Positions 63,728 to 64,000 of a stretch of DNA of 64,000 nucleotides are shown one piece after another (position 1 is the first letter of the stretch; each line of letters begins with the position of its first letter). The DNA comes from Alphaproteobacteria bacterium. GTDB taxonomy: Bacteria > Pseudomonadota > Alphaproteobacteria > UBA828. The notes beneath the pieces are model-generated. The model was given only the letters and a program-made list of their open reading frames with translations. It had not been told where the DNA came from and did no database searches. Both the position numbers and the translations under genes were made by a program. Location of the stretch: NCBI GenBank assembly GCA_963667785.2, contig CAXXMU010000006.1, positions 992,001-1,056,000 of the forward strand, written 5' to 3'.

Positions 63728-64000
63728 TCAGAGCGGCCACACCAGCAGGATCAGCGGGATGGAGACCGCGACGATCAGCATCTCCAGCGGCAGCCCCATG
63801 CGCCAGTAGTCGCCGAAGCGGTAGCCGCCGGGGCCCATCACCAGCGTGTTGTTCTGGTGGCCGATCGGCGTCAGGAAGGCGCACGAGGCGCCGACCGCCA
63901 CCGCCATCAGGAACGGGTCCGCGTTGGTTCCCAGCCGCTCGGCGAGGCCCACGCCGATCGGCGCCATGATGACCGCCGTGGCGGCATTGTTGACGATGTC
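63728..64000 (-). CDS. SLC13/TrkA-C permease, C-terminal part (partial)
   Basis: NNAATA, FLTPIGHQNNTLVMGPGGYRFGDY. Confidence 0.9.
   Translation of the reverse strand, partial: DIVNNAATAVIMAPIGVGLAERLGTNADPFLMAVAVGASCAFLTPIGHQNNTLVMGPGGYRFGDYWRMGLPLEMLIVAVSIPLILLVWPL

Overview
High-GC window, probably from an alphaproteobacterium (inferred from gene content and style). The left ~12 kb is an accessory island ending at the 3' end of a minus-strand tRNA-Ser(GCT). It holds a type I-G (I-U) cas operon (csb2'-cas3-csb3-cas4/cas1, running off the left edge). csb2 is cut mid-gene by a 3.6-kb IS1595-family element (ISNwi1-like TIRs, no target duplication) that carries about 8 small passenger ORFs and a structured leader RNA; csb1/cas7 is missing. 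A phage-like remnant follows, with a dif-like XerC/D site at a GC-skew switch. The remaining ~52 kb is metabolic or core: an aminotransferase plus four-subunit Mo-hydroxylase, Pho-box/phoX, glycine riboswitch-gcvTHP, CoA ligase/transferase with a Liv-type ABC transporter, lolA-ftsK, a C45/deacetylase/sugar-ABC cluster and gdhA. The best candidate for an undescribed system is the MocR-regulated locus at 44.8-54.3 kb. It encodes a MocD/MocE-like oxygenase, a TRAP transporter and three housekeeping-enzyme paralogues (IlvD, PanB, transaldolase), each with remodelled catalytic motifs. No CRISPR array is visible in the window.
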